From a virus (Duplodnaviria > Caudoviricetes): 38,135 nt of DNA. Positions within the stretch are counted from its first letter, which is position 1; each line of letters begins with the position of its first letter. Shown here piece by piece: positions 1-8,604 of the stretch. The stretch covers positions 1 through 38,135 of IMG/VR virus record IMGVR_UViG_3300032373_000846, one strand, 5' to 3'. Position numbers and translations under genes: made by a program. Under the pieces are notes generated by a model, which was given only the letters and a program-made list of their open reading frames with translations, did no database searches and was not told the origin of the DNA.

Positions 1-289
1 TGGCAGGGCTGGCGCGCCCGCGCCGCCGCGGACTCCAACACCCTCTCCGCGGGTGGCTCCTTCGACATGGCGGACCACTTCGGCGCCCTGGAGCTCCTGG
101 GTAACCTCGCCAACGACGCGGTCGCCATCACGGGCCTGCACTGCCTCTACACGCAGCTGCTTGGCAACAGCATCTTCACCACCTGGGAGAAGATGGGCCC
201 GGCCGCGACGCAGATCACCGGCACCATGGGCATGATCGGCAACACCCGCCTGGTGATCTCCGAGTTCATGGCCGACGAGTTCGACAGCT
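1..289. repeat. Terminal direct repeat, copy 1 (circular overlap with 37847-38135)
   Basis: 289-bp match to the window end with 4 mismatches (102, 132, 153, 162); lies inside the capsid ORF. Confidence 0.97.
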
Positions 290-504
290 CCTCGGGCGTC
301 TACACCGGCTCCAACGCCTCCTCGGCGATCACCTACGTCAACGCCAGCCGGTACGACTACTACGACCTGGCCGCCGGCGCGGGCGAGTTCGAGGCCGAGC
401 GGGTGGAGTACGGCGCGCAGTACGTCGGCGCCGTCGACCGCGGCATCCTCGACTACAACGGCATCCCCACCGAGAAGCCGGCCGCCATCCTCTACAACCT
501 CTGA
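1..504 (+). CDS. Major capsid protein, C-terminal part (continues from 36659 across the circular junction)
   Basis: Frame is open from base 1 to TGA at 502-504 and in frame with the ORF starting at 36659; joined product is about 563 aa. Confidence 0.85.
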   Translation, partial: WQGWRARAAADSNTLSAGGSFDMADHFGALELLGNLANDAVAITGLHCLYTQLLGNSIFTTWEKMGPAATQITGTMGMIGNTRLVISEFMADEFDSSSGVYTGSNASSAITYVNASRYDYYDLAAGAGEFEAERVEYGAQYVGAVDRGILDYNGIPTEKPAAILYNL

Positions 505-575
505 TGCGCGTGAGGCCGCTCCTGTAGGGGTGGCCCCGCTCGCGACCCTCTTCACGTCTCGCCCCGGAGCACCCC

Positions 576-968
576 ATGGGTAGCCGCATCACCCTCTCCC
601 AGCGCCTGAACACCGCCGCGGGCACCGACGCCCGCCGCTACTTCGGACCGTCCAACGATGAGACCTGGAAGCTCATCGGCCTCACCATCATCCCCAACGC
701 CACCTCGGCGGCCAACGACACCAACTACGCCTCCATCCGGGCGTACAAGGGCGCGTCCACGGCGGTCATGGCGGCGCGGGTCACCACCACCGCTGGCGGT
801 GCACTCACCCAGGGCACCGCGGAGGACCTGACCCTCACCGGCGTCGGCGCCGACCTGGAGATCACCAAGGCGGCCCCGCTGTCGATCCGCGACGATCAGA
901 GCAACGGCTCCGGTGTCATCACCGACTACATCATCACCGCCGAGTTCGAGCGGATGGGGGCCTTCTGA
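576..968 (+). CDS. Putative virion/head-associated protein (possible decoration protein)
   Basis: GGAG RBS; first gene after the capsid; beta-rich, Thr/Ala-rich 130 aa. Confidence 0.6.
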   Translation: MGSRITLSQRLNTAAGTDARRYFGPSNDETWKLIGLTIIPNATSAANDTNYASIRAYKGASTAVMAARVTTTAGGALTQGTAEDLTLTGVGADLEITKAAPLSIRDDQSNGSGVITDYIITAEFERMGAF

Positions 969-1492
969 TGGTGACCCTGCAGTACAACGGCCGCGCCAAG
1001 GGCGTGAACAAGATCCAGGCCAAGGGCATCCGCTGCAAGGGCGTGTTCCTGCCCCACGGCAAGCCCGTCAAGGGCATCGACCCCCGCATCGCCGGCGCGC
1101 TCCTGAACACCGCCCCCGAGGGCGCGATCACCGTGCTCGACGGCACCCCGGACACCAGCAAGCCCATCCCCGCGACCGCGAAAGCGGTCATGGCGAAGGA
1201 GGCCGGCTTCAAGCGGCTGTTCCCCGTCGACCCCGCCCGTGCGCTGGACTCCGTGGAGAGCATCCCGGCGAAGGTGCTGAAGCTGGGCGGTGACCTGAAG
1301 GCCGTCAAGGCCGGCAAGGTCGACAGCCACCTGGCGCCCCTGGCGCTGCTGGCGAAGCTCACCGGCGAGCTCGACGTCGCCGAGGCCTGCGCCCAGCGCG
1401 CGGACGTCGTCGCCGGTCGCGTCGCCCCCGCTGCCGACCCGGTGGTCGAGGTCCCCGCCCCCGAGGGCGCCCCCGCCAAGCCCGCCGCGTGA
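968..1492 (+). CDS. Hypothetical protein, head module
   Basis: TGATG coupling to the upstream gene; strong GC3 codon bias; 174 aa. Confidence 0.65.
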   Translation: MVTLQYNGRAKGVNKIQAKGIRCKGVFLPHGKPVKGIDPRIAGALLNTAPEGAITVLDGTPDTSKPIPATAKAVMAKEAGFKRLFPVDPARALDSVESIPAKVLKLGGDLKAVKAGKVDSHLAPLALLAKLTGELDVAEACAQRADVVAGRVAPAADPVVEVPAPEGAPAKPAA

Positions 1493-1680
1493 CGCCTCGT
1501 CCGCCGGCGCTGCCGTCGCGTCGCCCTCGAGGTGTGCGTGATGCGCGGGTCCGGCTGGACGACACCCTCACCGCTGACACCCCACAGCCCCCGCCGGGCG
1601 ACACCGGCGAGGGCGCCACCTCCGACCGTGAGGCCGCCCCGCCGTGTCCCTCCTCTCCGCCAGCGAAGCCCGCGAGCTGA
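1489..1680 (+). CDS. Possible small Pro-rich hypothetical protein
   Basis: GTGA overlap with the previous stop and fills the gap before the connector, but weak coding signal. Confidence 0.3.
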   Translation: MTPRPPALPSRRPRGVRDARVRLDDTLTADTPQPPPGDTGEGATSDREAAPPCPSSPPAKPAS

Positions 1681-2276
1681 TCCCCGGTATCTCAGGGACC
1701 GGGCTCGACACGAAGCTCACCGCGCGCATCGCGGAGGCGGAGCCGCTCATCGCCACGTTCTGCGGCTGGGCGGCGCTGACGGGTGAGGCCTCCATGGACG
1801 AGGCCGACCAGACCGGCCGGGTGCTGTACTACGCCGGTTCGGCGATCCGGTACCGCGAGGGGGCCTATGTGCTGCCGCTGGGGCTGTTTCCGGTGACCGC
1901 GCTCGTGCTCCTGGAGGACACCGACGGCGACTGGAGCTACGCCACCACCGTCAGCGCCAGCGACTACGTGCTCGACCAGGCCCGCGGCGAGGTACTGTTC
2001 AAGCCCGCCGCGAGCTACACCCCCGGACGACGGGGACCGCGTCGGTTCAAGGCGACGCTGACCGCCGGCCACGCGACCGCGCCGGACGAGCTCAAGCGGC
2101 TCATCGCCGAGACGGTCAAGCACCTCCTGGGGCGGCACAAGACCGCCGGGAAGACGTCGACCTCGAGCAAGGCCGGCAGCGCGGCGCTCAAGGAGCAGGC
2201 CGAGCTGATCCCCGCGGTGGTGCGTATGGCGCTGGCGCGGCGGTACCTGCTGCCTGGCGTGATGGGGGTCAGCTGA
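1644..2276 (+). CDS. Head-tail connector/adaptor protein (gp6/gp15-like)
   Basis: N-terminal 'LLSASEAREL...DTKL...IAEAEPLIATFC' and C-terminal 'TAGH..APDELKRLI' patterns; synteny. Confidence 0.75.
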   Translation: MSLLSASEARELIPGISGTGLDTKLTARIAEAEPLIATFCGWAALTGEASMDEADQTGRVLYYAGSAIRYREGAYVLPLGLFPVTALVLLEDTDGDWSYATTVSASDYVLDQARGEVLFKPAASYTPGRRGPRRFKATLTAGHATAPDELKRLIAETVKHLLGRHKTAGKTSTSSKAGSAALKEQAELIPAVVRMALARRYLLPGVMGVS

Positions 2277-2719
2277 TGGCCACACTCACCCTCGACGCCT
2301 TCAGCGACGTCATGGACACCGGCAGCGACCGGCTGCAGCGCGTCCTCCGCAAGCGCCTGAGCGAGCAGGGCCGCGTCTTCAAACAGGCCGCCGCTCGCAA
2401 CGCCGCAGCCCGCTTCCGGCGAGACACCGGCGCCACCGCCAGCGCCGTGAGCGCCCGGCTGCATCGCTCCCGGATGGAGCTGCTAATGGGGTTCGACACC
2501 GACAAGAGCCCCGGCGGGCTCATCCAAGACACCGGCGGCACGATCCGCCCCACCCGCGGCGAGTTCCTCTACATCCCGCAGGCCGACGGCTCCTTCCGTG
2601 TCGCCCGCGAGGTCACCATCCCCGCGACGCGCTGGCTGACAGACGCCTGGGAGACCCTGCAGCGCACCACGCCGGCCGCCCTGGAGGGCGCGCTCTCCGA
2701 TGCCCTGGGTAGCACCTGA
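2276..2719 (+). CDS. Neck/tail-completion protein (HK97 gp10-like)
   Basis: 'RRDTGA', 'QDTGGTIRP..LYIP' and 'IPATRWL' motifs; position. Confidence 0.65.
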   Translation: MATLTLDAFSDVMDTGSDRLQRVLRKRLSEQGRVFKQAAARNAAARFRRDTGATASAVSARLHRSRMELLMGFDTDKSPGGLIQDTGGTIRPTRGEFLYIPQADGSFRVAREVTIPATRWLTDAWETLQRTTPAALEGALSDALGST

Positions 2720-3216
2720 TGGGTGCCATCCCCGCCGGCGAGGCGTTCACCGATGCCCTGCTCACCGCCCTCCGTGCGGTGGACGGGACCGGCGACTACT
2801 GGTTCGATCTGACCGGCGATGACCGGGTGATCGAGGCGGACACGCTGGAGCCGACGCTCGACAGCCATCAAGTCGCGCTGTGCAAGGTGGAGCTCACCAG
2901 CGTGAGCGGCGAGGTCATGGGCTACTACGGCCTCACCTGGACCTGCCTGCTGATGGGCTACGCGCCAGCGACGGCCGACACCCCGAGCAGCGCCGCCCGC
3001 CAGGCGTACCGGCTGCTCAACGACTGCACGCTCGCCGTCCAGCGCATGCGCGACAGCAGCCCCAGCATCGCCACGCTGGCGAAGGGCGACGCCATCGACG
3101 TGCGGATCACCGGCGCCACCCGCCACGGCGACAGCATCGACCAGGACCTCTACGGCGGGCTCGGCATGTTCGCGGCCACCGTCGAGATCACCGCCGAAGT
3201 CGAGGAGGGCGCGTGA
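2719..3216 (+). CDS. Putative tail terminator protein
   Basis: Size, acidic alpha/beta pattern and position ahead of the tail tube gene. Confidence 0.55.
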   Translation: MGAIPAGEAFTDALLTALRAVDGTGDYWFDLTGDDRVIEADTLEPTLDSHQVALCKVELTSVSGEVMGYYGLTWTCLLMGYAPATADTPSSAARQAYRLLNDCTLAVQRMRDSSPSIATLAKGDAIDVRITGATRHGDSIDQDLYGGLGMFAATVEITAEVEEGA

Positions 3217-4079
3217 GCTGGAAGCAGGACAACAACGGCACCAGCGTCAAGCCCTGGAAGCATCGCCTCGACGTCACCATCAACGCGACCGGCCAGGCCG
3301 GCACCGCGGACACCGACGGCACCCATGACGTGCAGGTGGTCCTCCCGGCGACGCTCGGGCAGCTCTGGGCGCGACTGAACGCTGTGGGTGCAGGCGGCGA
3401 TGAGTTGGTGGTCACCCAGGCCGACGGCGTGACGGAGTTGGACTTCAAGCTCACCGACGCGGCCTTCACCGGCGCCGCAGCTCCGGCGACCTTCGACGTG
3501 GGCGTGCAGGTCAACGCCGTGCCGATTCGCTACGGCGGCGATGGACAGGGCCGGCTGCAGCGGATCTGCATCTACTACGGGCTCGCGGGCTACACGCCCA
3601 CCCCCGCCGTCTTCACGCCGTCGACCCCCATCACCGGCACCGTGGAGCTGGGCGAGCCCCCCAGCGGCCAGCGCCGCCTCGTGATCCTGCCCTCGCCCCA
3701 GGGGCAGACGCTCACCCGTGACGTGGTGTCGAAGAACTCTCAGGAGTCCATCTTCGTCTGGCTGGACGTGACCGCCCTCCTGGGCGCCCGCGTCGGGCAG
3801 TACGCCGGATCGCTGCGGCTGGAGGAGGTGCTGGACCTCTTCAACGACGCCGAGACCAACGGGATGCGCGAGCGCACCGGGGGCAGCGACTCCACCACCA
3901 TGGTGGACGTGACCCTCTGCACGGTCGCCACCATCGGCCAGCGTCAGTGGCTCAAGGTCTACGTGACCGGCGGCACCGACGCGACGGACTACGCCGTGAT
4001 CGTCCCCTTCCGAACCACCGAGGGGCAGACCCTCAACGCCCGATTCCGCGTGCAAGTACGCGATGTCGACGACACCTGA
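3213..4079 (+). CDS. Virion protein with DUF2341-like N-terminus and fibre-adaptor-like C-terminal domain
   Basis: GTG start overlaps the upstream TGA (the 2880 extension in the ORF track is unlikely); 'WKHRLDVTIN...QADGVTEL' and 'KNSQESIFVWLD...GGTDATDY...TTEGQTL..RFRVQV' patterns; 288 aa. Confidence 0.55.
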   Translation: MSWKQDNNGTSVKPWKHRLDVTINATGQAGTADTDGTHDVQVVLPATLGQLWARLNAVGAGGDELVVTQADGVTELDFKLTDAAFTGAAAPATFDVGVQVNAVPIRYGGDGQGRLQRICIYYGLAGYTPTPAVFTPSTPITGTVELGEPPSGQRRLVILPSPQGQTLTRDVVSKNSQESIFVWLDVTALLGARVGQYAGSLRLEEVLDLFNDAETNGMRERTGGSDSTTMVDVTLCTVATIGQRQWLKVYVTGGTDATDYAVIVPFRTTEGQTLNARFRVQVRDVDDT

Positions 4080-4091
4080 CAGGAGGCTCTT

Positions 4092-5036
4092 GTGGCCATC
4101 AACACCCCCCGCAATGGCGCTGTCGGCTTCGGCGAAGAGTCGACCCTCGGCACCGCCGTCAGCCGCGCGGTGTGGCGTCCAGCCGTCGCGCTGAACCCCT
4201 CGCTGAAGACCAACTCCAGCAACTACCAGGACCTCTACCGCAGCGGCGCGGGCTCGGCCCTGCGGCACAGCATCGACTCCCGCGAGTTCAGCGACCGGGT
4301 CGACCTGCTCGGGAGCTACACCCGCCTGGGGATGCTGTACAAGCACATGATCGGCTCGGTGGCCACGACCGGCCCCAGCGGCAGCGACTTCACCCACACG
4401 TACGACCCCGCCGCCCTGCCCACCGGGCTCACGATCGAGGGCATCCGGGGCAGCAACTCCACCAGCGAGCTCGCGGTGGGATGCCAGATCGCCGACTGGA
4501 CCTTTAGCTCCAGCGTGAGCAGCCGCCGGGCGGTGTTCAGCCTGAACGTGATGGGCAAGGACTCGACGCGCCCCAGCAAGGGCACGCCCTCGTACGGCGC
4601 CACCGACGACCCGATCCTGCACCACCACCTCGGCACGGTCAGCTGGAACGGCCTCAACCCCAAGCCGTCCAGCGTCCGCATCACCGGCAACAACGGCCTC
4701 GAGCGGCAGTGGACCGACGACGTGGTCTGCGACGGCTACGTCGAGAGCGGCGACCGCGTGTACGGCGCCGTGCTGGTCATCTACGACCGCGACACCGATG
4801 CCTACTACGACGCCTGGAAGGCGCAGACCGAGTCGGATCTGGTGCTGCCCTACGCCAACGGCTCCCTGGGCTTCAGCTTCACGCTCCGCAACGCCCGGAT
4901 CACCAACATCAGCGAGCCGATCCGCAGCGGCGGCGCGCTGACCCGCGAAATCACCTTCGCGCCCGTCGCCGACAGCACCGACGAGGCGCTGGAGCTGGTC
5001 GTCATCAACGAGAACAGCAGCGGCATCGCGAACTGA
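4092..5036 (+). CDS. Major tail tube protein
   Basis: AGGAGG RBS; 'GFGEESTLGT', 'FTHTY', 'GLTIE', 'GCQIADWTFS' motifs typical of tail tube proteins; 314 aa. Confidence 0.8.
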   Translation: MAINTPRNGAVGFGEESTLGTAVSRAVWRPAVALNPSLKTNSSNYQDLYRSGAGSALRHSIDSREFSDRVDLLGSYTRLGMLYKHMIGSVATTGPSGSDFTHTYDPAALPTGLTIEGIRGSNSTSELAVGCQIADWTFSSSVSSRRAVFSLNVMGKDSTRPSKGTPSYGATDDPILHHHLGTVSWNGLNPKPSSVRITGNNGLERQWTDDVVCDGYVESGDRVYGAVLVIYDRDTDAYYDAWKAQTESDLVLPYANGSLGFSFTLRNARITNISEPIRSGGALTREITFAPVADSTDEALELVVINENSSGIAN

Positions 5037-5596
5037 TGAGCTACTTCGACGCCATCCAGGACACCACGCACGCCGAGGCGCAGACCGACGACGGCGCGGT
5101 GTGGCGGCTCCAGCAGCCGCGCGGGCGGGACTTCGACACCTGGCAGGGCTTGTACCTGCTGATGATCGCCCCGGCCGCCTCGAAGCTCCTGGGCACCAAG
5201 GATCAGGCGCTGCTGGATGCCCCCGAGGGACCGGAGCGCACCCAGGCGCTGGAGGCCGCCCTGGAGCGCCAGGCCGCCGAGGAGTGGGCCACCCTCTCCG
5301 ACGACGAGAAGGACCGCCGGCGCGCCGTCCGTGACCAGCAGGACGCCGCGCTGGTGATCGCCTGCGTGACGCACTGCACCCCGCCGGGGAAGGACGCGCC
5401 CGAGCGGGTACGCTTCATTACCGACGACAGCCCCGACCCCGCCGAGGGCGTGCAGGCCATCCACTTCTGGCGGGTGCCTGTGAGCATCCGTCAGGCGCTC
5501 ATCCGGGCGGCTCGCCGTCAGGTGAGTGGGGAGGCGCTGAGACGCCAGGTGGACTCCTTTCGATCTGGACCCAACGCAAGCAGAGGAGCTGGATGA
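5036..5596 (+). CDS. Tail assembly chaperone (gpG-like)
   Basis: ATG at 5036 coupled to the tail tube stop; lies between tube and tape measure; slippery TCC TTT CGA near its end. Confidence 0.75.
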   Translation: MSYFDAIQDTTHAEAQTDDGAVWRLQQPRGRDFDTWQGLYLLMIAPAASKLLGTKDQALLDAPEGPERTQALEAALERQAAEEWATLSDDEKDRRRAVRDQQDAALVIACVTHCTPPGKDAPERVRFITDDSPDPAEGVQAIHFWRVPVSIRQALIRAARRQVSGEALRRQVDSFRSGPNASRGAG

Positions 5597-5768
5597 TCTG
5601 GCCCGTCGCTATGGCCGGTGGCCCCATGAAGTGCGGGACCTCACTCAAGAGGAACTGTGCTTCACCTTCGGCGTGTTCCGCGCGGGGAAGGGCGCCGATC
5701 GCGAGCGAGCGCAACGCCGACTCGGCGAGGGGGCGGACCTCGTTGTGGACGCTCGTGATGCGGGCTGA
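5559..5768 (+). CDS. Frameshift extension of the tail assembly chaperone (gpT-like), +1 frame
   Basis: Open +1 frame FDLDPTQAEELDDLARRYGRWPHEVRDLTQEELCF...DAG* without its own upstream ATG/GTG start; absent from the ORF track. Confidence 0.7.
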   Translation, partial: FDLDPTQAEELDDLARRYGRWPHEVRDLTQEELCFTFGVFRAGKGADRERAQRRLGEGADLVVDARDAG

Positions 5769-5806
5769 CGTGAATACTCCTGCGCGCCATGAGGTAGCCT
5801 CTCGCC

Positions 5807-6145
5807 GTGGAGGTGAGCGTGCTGGTGCTGTTGATGCTGGGGTGCGGGGCGAGCGAGCCGACGACGGCGCCGGCCGTGGTGGAGTGCCCACCAGCGGTGG
5901 AGTGCCCGGCCGTGGACACCACACGCATGGGGGCGCTGGCCTTCAGCTTGTCTCGGTGCAGCGAGATGGGCGAGCCGATCGACTTCCCTCCAGCGAACCT
6001 CTGGGATGCCTGCGACTCCGTGTACGCCGAGGCATGCAGGACTCACGAAGGACTGCGGCAAGCGGCAGCAGCGGGCGTCACCGAGTACCTGCCATGCCGA
6101 GACGAGCCGGACTTCAAGGCGGCCTACGGCGACAGCACGAAGTAG
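5807..6145 (+). CDS. Putative lipoprotein (moron-like), Cys-rich
   Basis: Hydrophobic signal ending in the lipobox-like LMLG-C; PAVVECPPAVECPAV repeat; exact start uncertain. Confidence 0.6.
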   Translation: MEVSVLVLLMLGCGASEPTTAPAVVECPPAVECPAVDTTRMGALAFSLSRCSEMGEPIDFPPANLWDACDSVYAEACRTHEGLRQAAAAGVTEYLPCRDEPDFKAAYGDSTK

Positions 6146-6166
6146 TCCCCGCCCGCGGGGTGTCCC

Positions 6167-7798
6167 GTGGCTGAGACTGTTCGCTACTACATCGATCTCC
6201 AAGGAGCCGACCAGGCCGCCGACGAGCTGGGCGCCCTCGGGCGTGGTGCCGACGCCACGCGCCGCGATCTGGACGATCTGGCCGCCGCTGGTGCGCGCAC
6301 CGGCCAGGAGATGGACGAGCTGAAGGACGCCTCGGGTGAGACCGACAGCGTCCTGAAGGGTCTGGCCGGCGCCATCGGCATCGTGTCCCCCGAGCTCGAA
6401 GGACTGGCATCGGCCGCGGGTGACGCCGCCGGCGGGTTCGAAGCCGTGCTCCGTGGCGGGCCCAAGCTCGCCGGTGTGCTGGGCATCATCACCGCGGCGC
6501 TGACCGCGGCGGCCTTCGCCTGGAAGGTCTACAACGACGAACTCGAAGCGGCCGAACAGAAGCAAGCGGACGCCGCAGAGCGCGCGCTGGAGGTCGCCGA
6601 GGCCCAAGCCGAGCTGCAGGAGTTCTTGGCGGGCGTGGAGCTCCGCCGGGCTGTCGCGGCTGGCGAGGTCGACGAGTCGGCCCTCATCACTGCCGCCGGC
6701 ACCGCGCAGGCCGAGGCGGCGTTCATGGAGCGCAAGCTTCAGATCGAGGGCGACATCAACCGGGAGCTTGAAGCCCGGCGCGACCTGCAGAACGCGATCA
6801 ACGAGGCCGCCAACGCTGGCGACACCTTTGGAACCAAGGAGCTGGAACGCCAGCGCGCTGCCCTCGACATCCGCCTGAATGGCGCCCGCGACCAGCTCGC
6901 CGGCTTGGAGCAGCAGACCATCAGCGCGGCGGTCGCCATCGCCGAGACCCTGGCGACCGGCACCAGCGGGGGTGCTCCTGTCAGCGGAGGCTCGGGCGGC
7001 GGCGATGAATGGAAAGACGGCGGCTTCCTCAACAAGATCACCAACCCCGGCGCCATCACCGGCACCAGCGTCAACGCTGGCTTCTCGGGTCTGAGCGCCA
7101 ACCTCGACTTCTCGACCCCGGGCGCCTTCGAGGCGCTCATGGCCCGCACCAGCGATCAGCGTGCCGCCCTCGGCGCAGCGGGCAGTGCGGCAGGCGGTGC
7201 CCTCGGCGGCCTGGCCACCGGCAACGTGAACCCGCTGCTCTCCGTGCTTCCTGGCGGTGGCCTGCTCGGCGGTGTCGCCAATGTGGGCGCTCTCGGCGCT
7301 GACGGTGTGGGCGACCTGCTCGACACCTTCACCGAGGCGTTTACGACCGGACTGAAGGAGCTGCCCGAGATTCTGAGTGAGGTCATCCCCGAGTTTGCCG
7401 TCACGCTGGTGACCGAGCTGATCCCGGCGCTCATTGCCAGCGCCCCGGAGCTGTTCGCCTCGCTGATTGTGGGGATCGCGAAGGCCATCAAGGACACCAC
7501 AACGCTGAGCGAGGGCGAGGGCTTCCTGTTCAACGGCGGCGGGACTCTCGACAAAGCCTTCGGGGGCAACGCCGCCGGCGAAGACTTGGACCCCGCCTTT
7601 ATCCAGAACCTGGAGGACCGCATCAATGGCCGCTCCAGCGCCCGGCGCTCCAGCAGCATCACCCGCCCCCAGGCGCCCATCCGGGGCGGCAGCGGGCAGG
7701 CGCCGATCAACGTCATCCTCGGCGGTGAGCTCGGCACGCTCATCGACCGGATCGACATCGAGCAGGGCCCCAACGGCAGCCGCCCCAGGAGTACGTGA
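6167..7798 (+). CDS. Tape measure protein
   Basis: 543 aa, Ala/Gly-rich and helical with hydrophobic segments; follows the chaperone genes. Confidence 0.8.
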   Translation: MAETVRYYIDLQGADQAADELGALGRGADATRRDLDDLAAAGARTGQEMDELKDASGETDSVLKGLAGAIGIVSPELEGLASAAGDAAGGFEAVLRGGPKLAGVLGIITAALTAAAFAWKVYNDELEAAEQKQADAAERALEVAEAQAELQEFLAGVELRRAVAAGEVDESALITAAGTAQAEAAFMERKLQIEGDINRELEARRDLQNAINEAANAGDTFGTKELERQRAALDIRLNGARDQLAGLEQQTISAAVAIAETLATGTSGGAPVSGGSGGGDEWKDGGFLNKITNPGAITGTSVNAGFSGLSANLDFSTPGAFEALMARTSDQRAALGAAGSAAGGALGGLATGNVNPLLSVLPGGGLLGGVANVGALGADGVGDLLDTFTEAFTTGLKELPEILSEVIPEFAVTLVTELIPALIASAPELFASLIVGIAKAIKDTTTLSEGEGFLFNGGGTLDKAFGGNAAGEDLDPAFIQNLEDRINGRSSARRSSSITRPQAPIRGGSGQAPINVILGGELGTLIDRIDIEQGPNGSRPRST

Positions 7799-8604
7799 TG
7801 GGCGCCCCGCGCTTCTACTACTACCCTCTGAGCGGTGGCGTGCTGAAGACGATCAGCTTCAGCGCCCTCACCAGCAACGTCACCGACTTCGACGACGACC
7901 CCGTGATCGTCGGCGATAGCGCTGTGACGCAGACCGGGCGGGACTACACGGTGGTGCAGCGCAGCGCGCCGAGGGTGCGGATCTACTTCCGCCGCCTGAA
8001 GCGGTACACCGACACCGGCGCCCTGGTGGAGCGCCAGCTCCGGGGGTTCATCGATCACCTGCGCCGAGGCGGCGTGTGCGCCTTCACTATGGACACCGAC
8101 AAGGCATGGGCGGCGTTCGCGCAGGGTCCGGTCAACCAGGGTGACACCTACATCGACACCCACGGGGACATGTTCGGCGGGGCCTTCGAGTCCTCGCCGG
8201 CGCCGGCGTCGGGTGACGAGGTGTGGATCCAGGGCGGCTACCCCGAGCGCCGCCGTGAGCTGATGAAGGTCACCGCCTGGATCGCCGGGTCGCAGCGCGT
8301 CACCCTCGGCGCAGACGTGAGCATCGAGACGATCGCCCCGACGCTGGTGCACACCCGCGACTTCTGGCCGGTGATGGTGTTGCCCGCCGAGCTGCGCGGT
8401 CAGAAGCTGCTCACCGTCGAGCGCGGGCGACACTTCACGCTCGACATGACGCTGGAGCTGGACACCGGGCGCGTGGACACGCTGGGCGCCGGCGCCGCAG
8501 CCGGCGGGCAGGAGTTCGGCGGTGAGTCGCAGGGCTCGTCCCTGGACCTGGAGAGCATCCCCGGCAACGACCGCACCGACATGACCCGCTTTGGGGGTCG
8601 CTGA
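7795..8604 (+). CDS. Minor tail protein (distal tail-like)
   Basis: Directly after and coupled to the tape measure gene; start at 7795 or 7798. Confidence 0.6.
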   Translation: MMGAPRFYYYPLSGGVLKTISFSALTSNVTDFDDDPVIVGDSAVTQTGRDYTVVQRSAPRVRIYFRRLKRYTDTGALVERQLRGFIDHLRRGGVCAFTMDTDKAWAAFAQGPVNQGDTYIDTHGDMFGGAFESSPAPASGDEVWIQGGYPERRRELMKVTAWIAGSQRVTLGADVSIETIAPTLVHTRDFWPVMVLPAELRGQKLLTVERGRHFTLDMTLELDTGRVDTLGAGAAAGGQEFGGESQGSSLDLESIPGNDRTDMTRFGGR

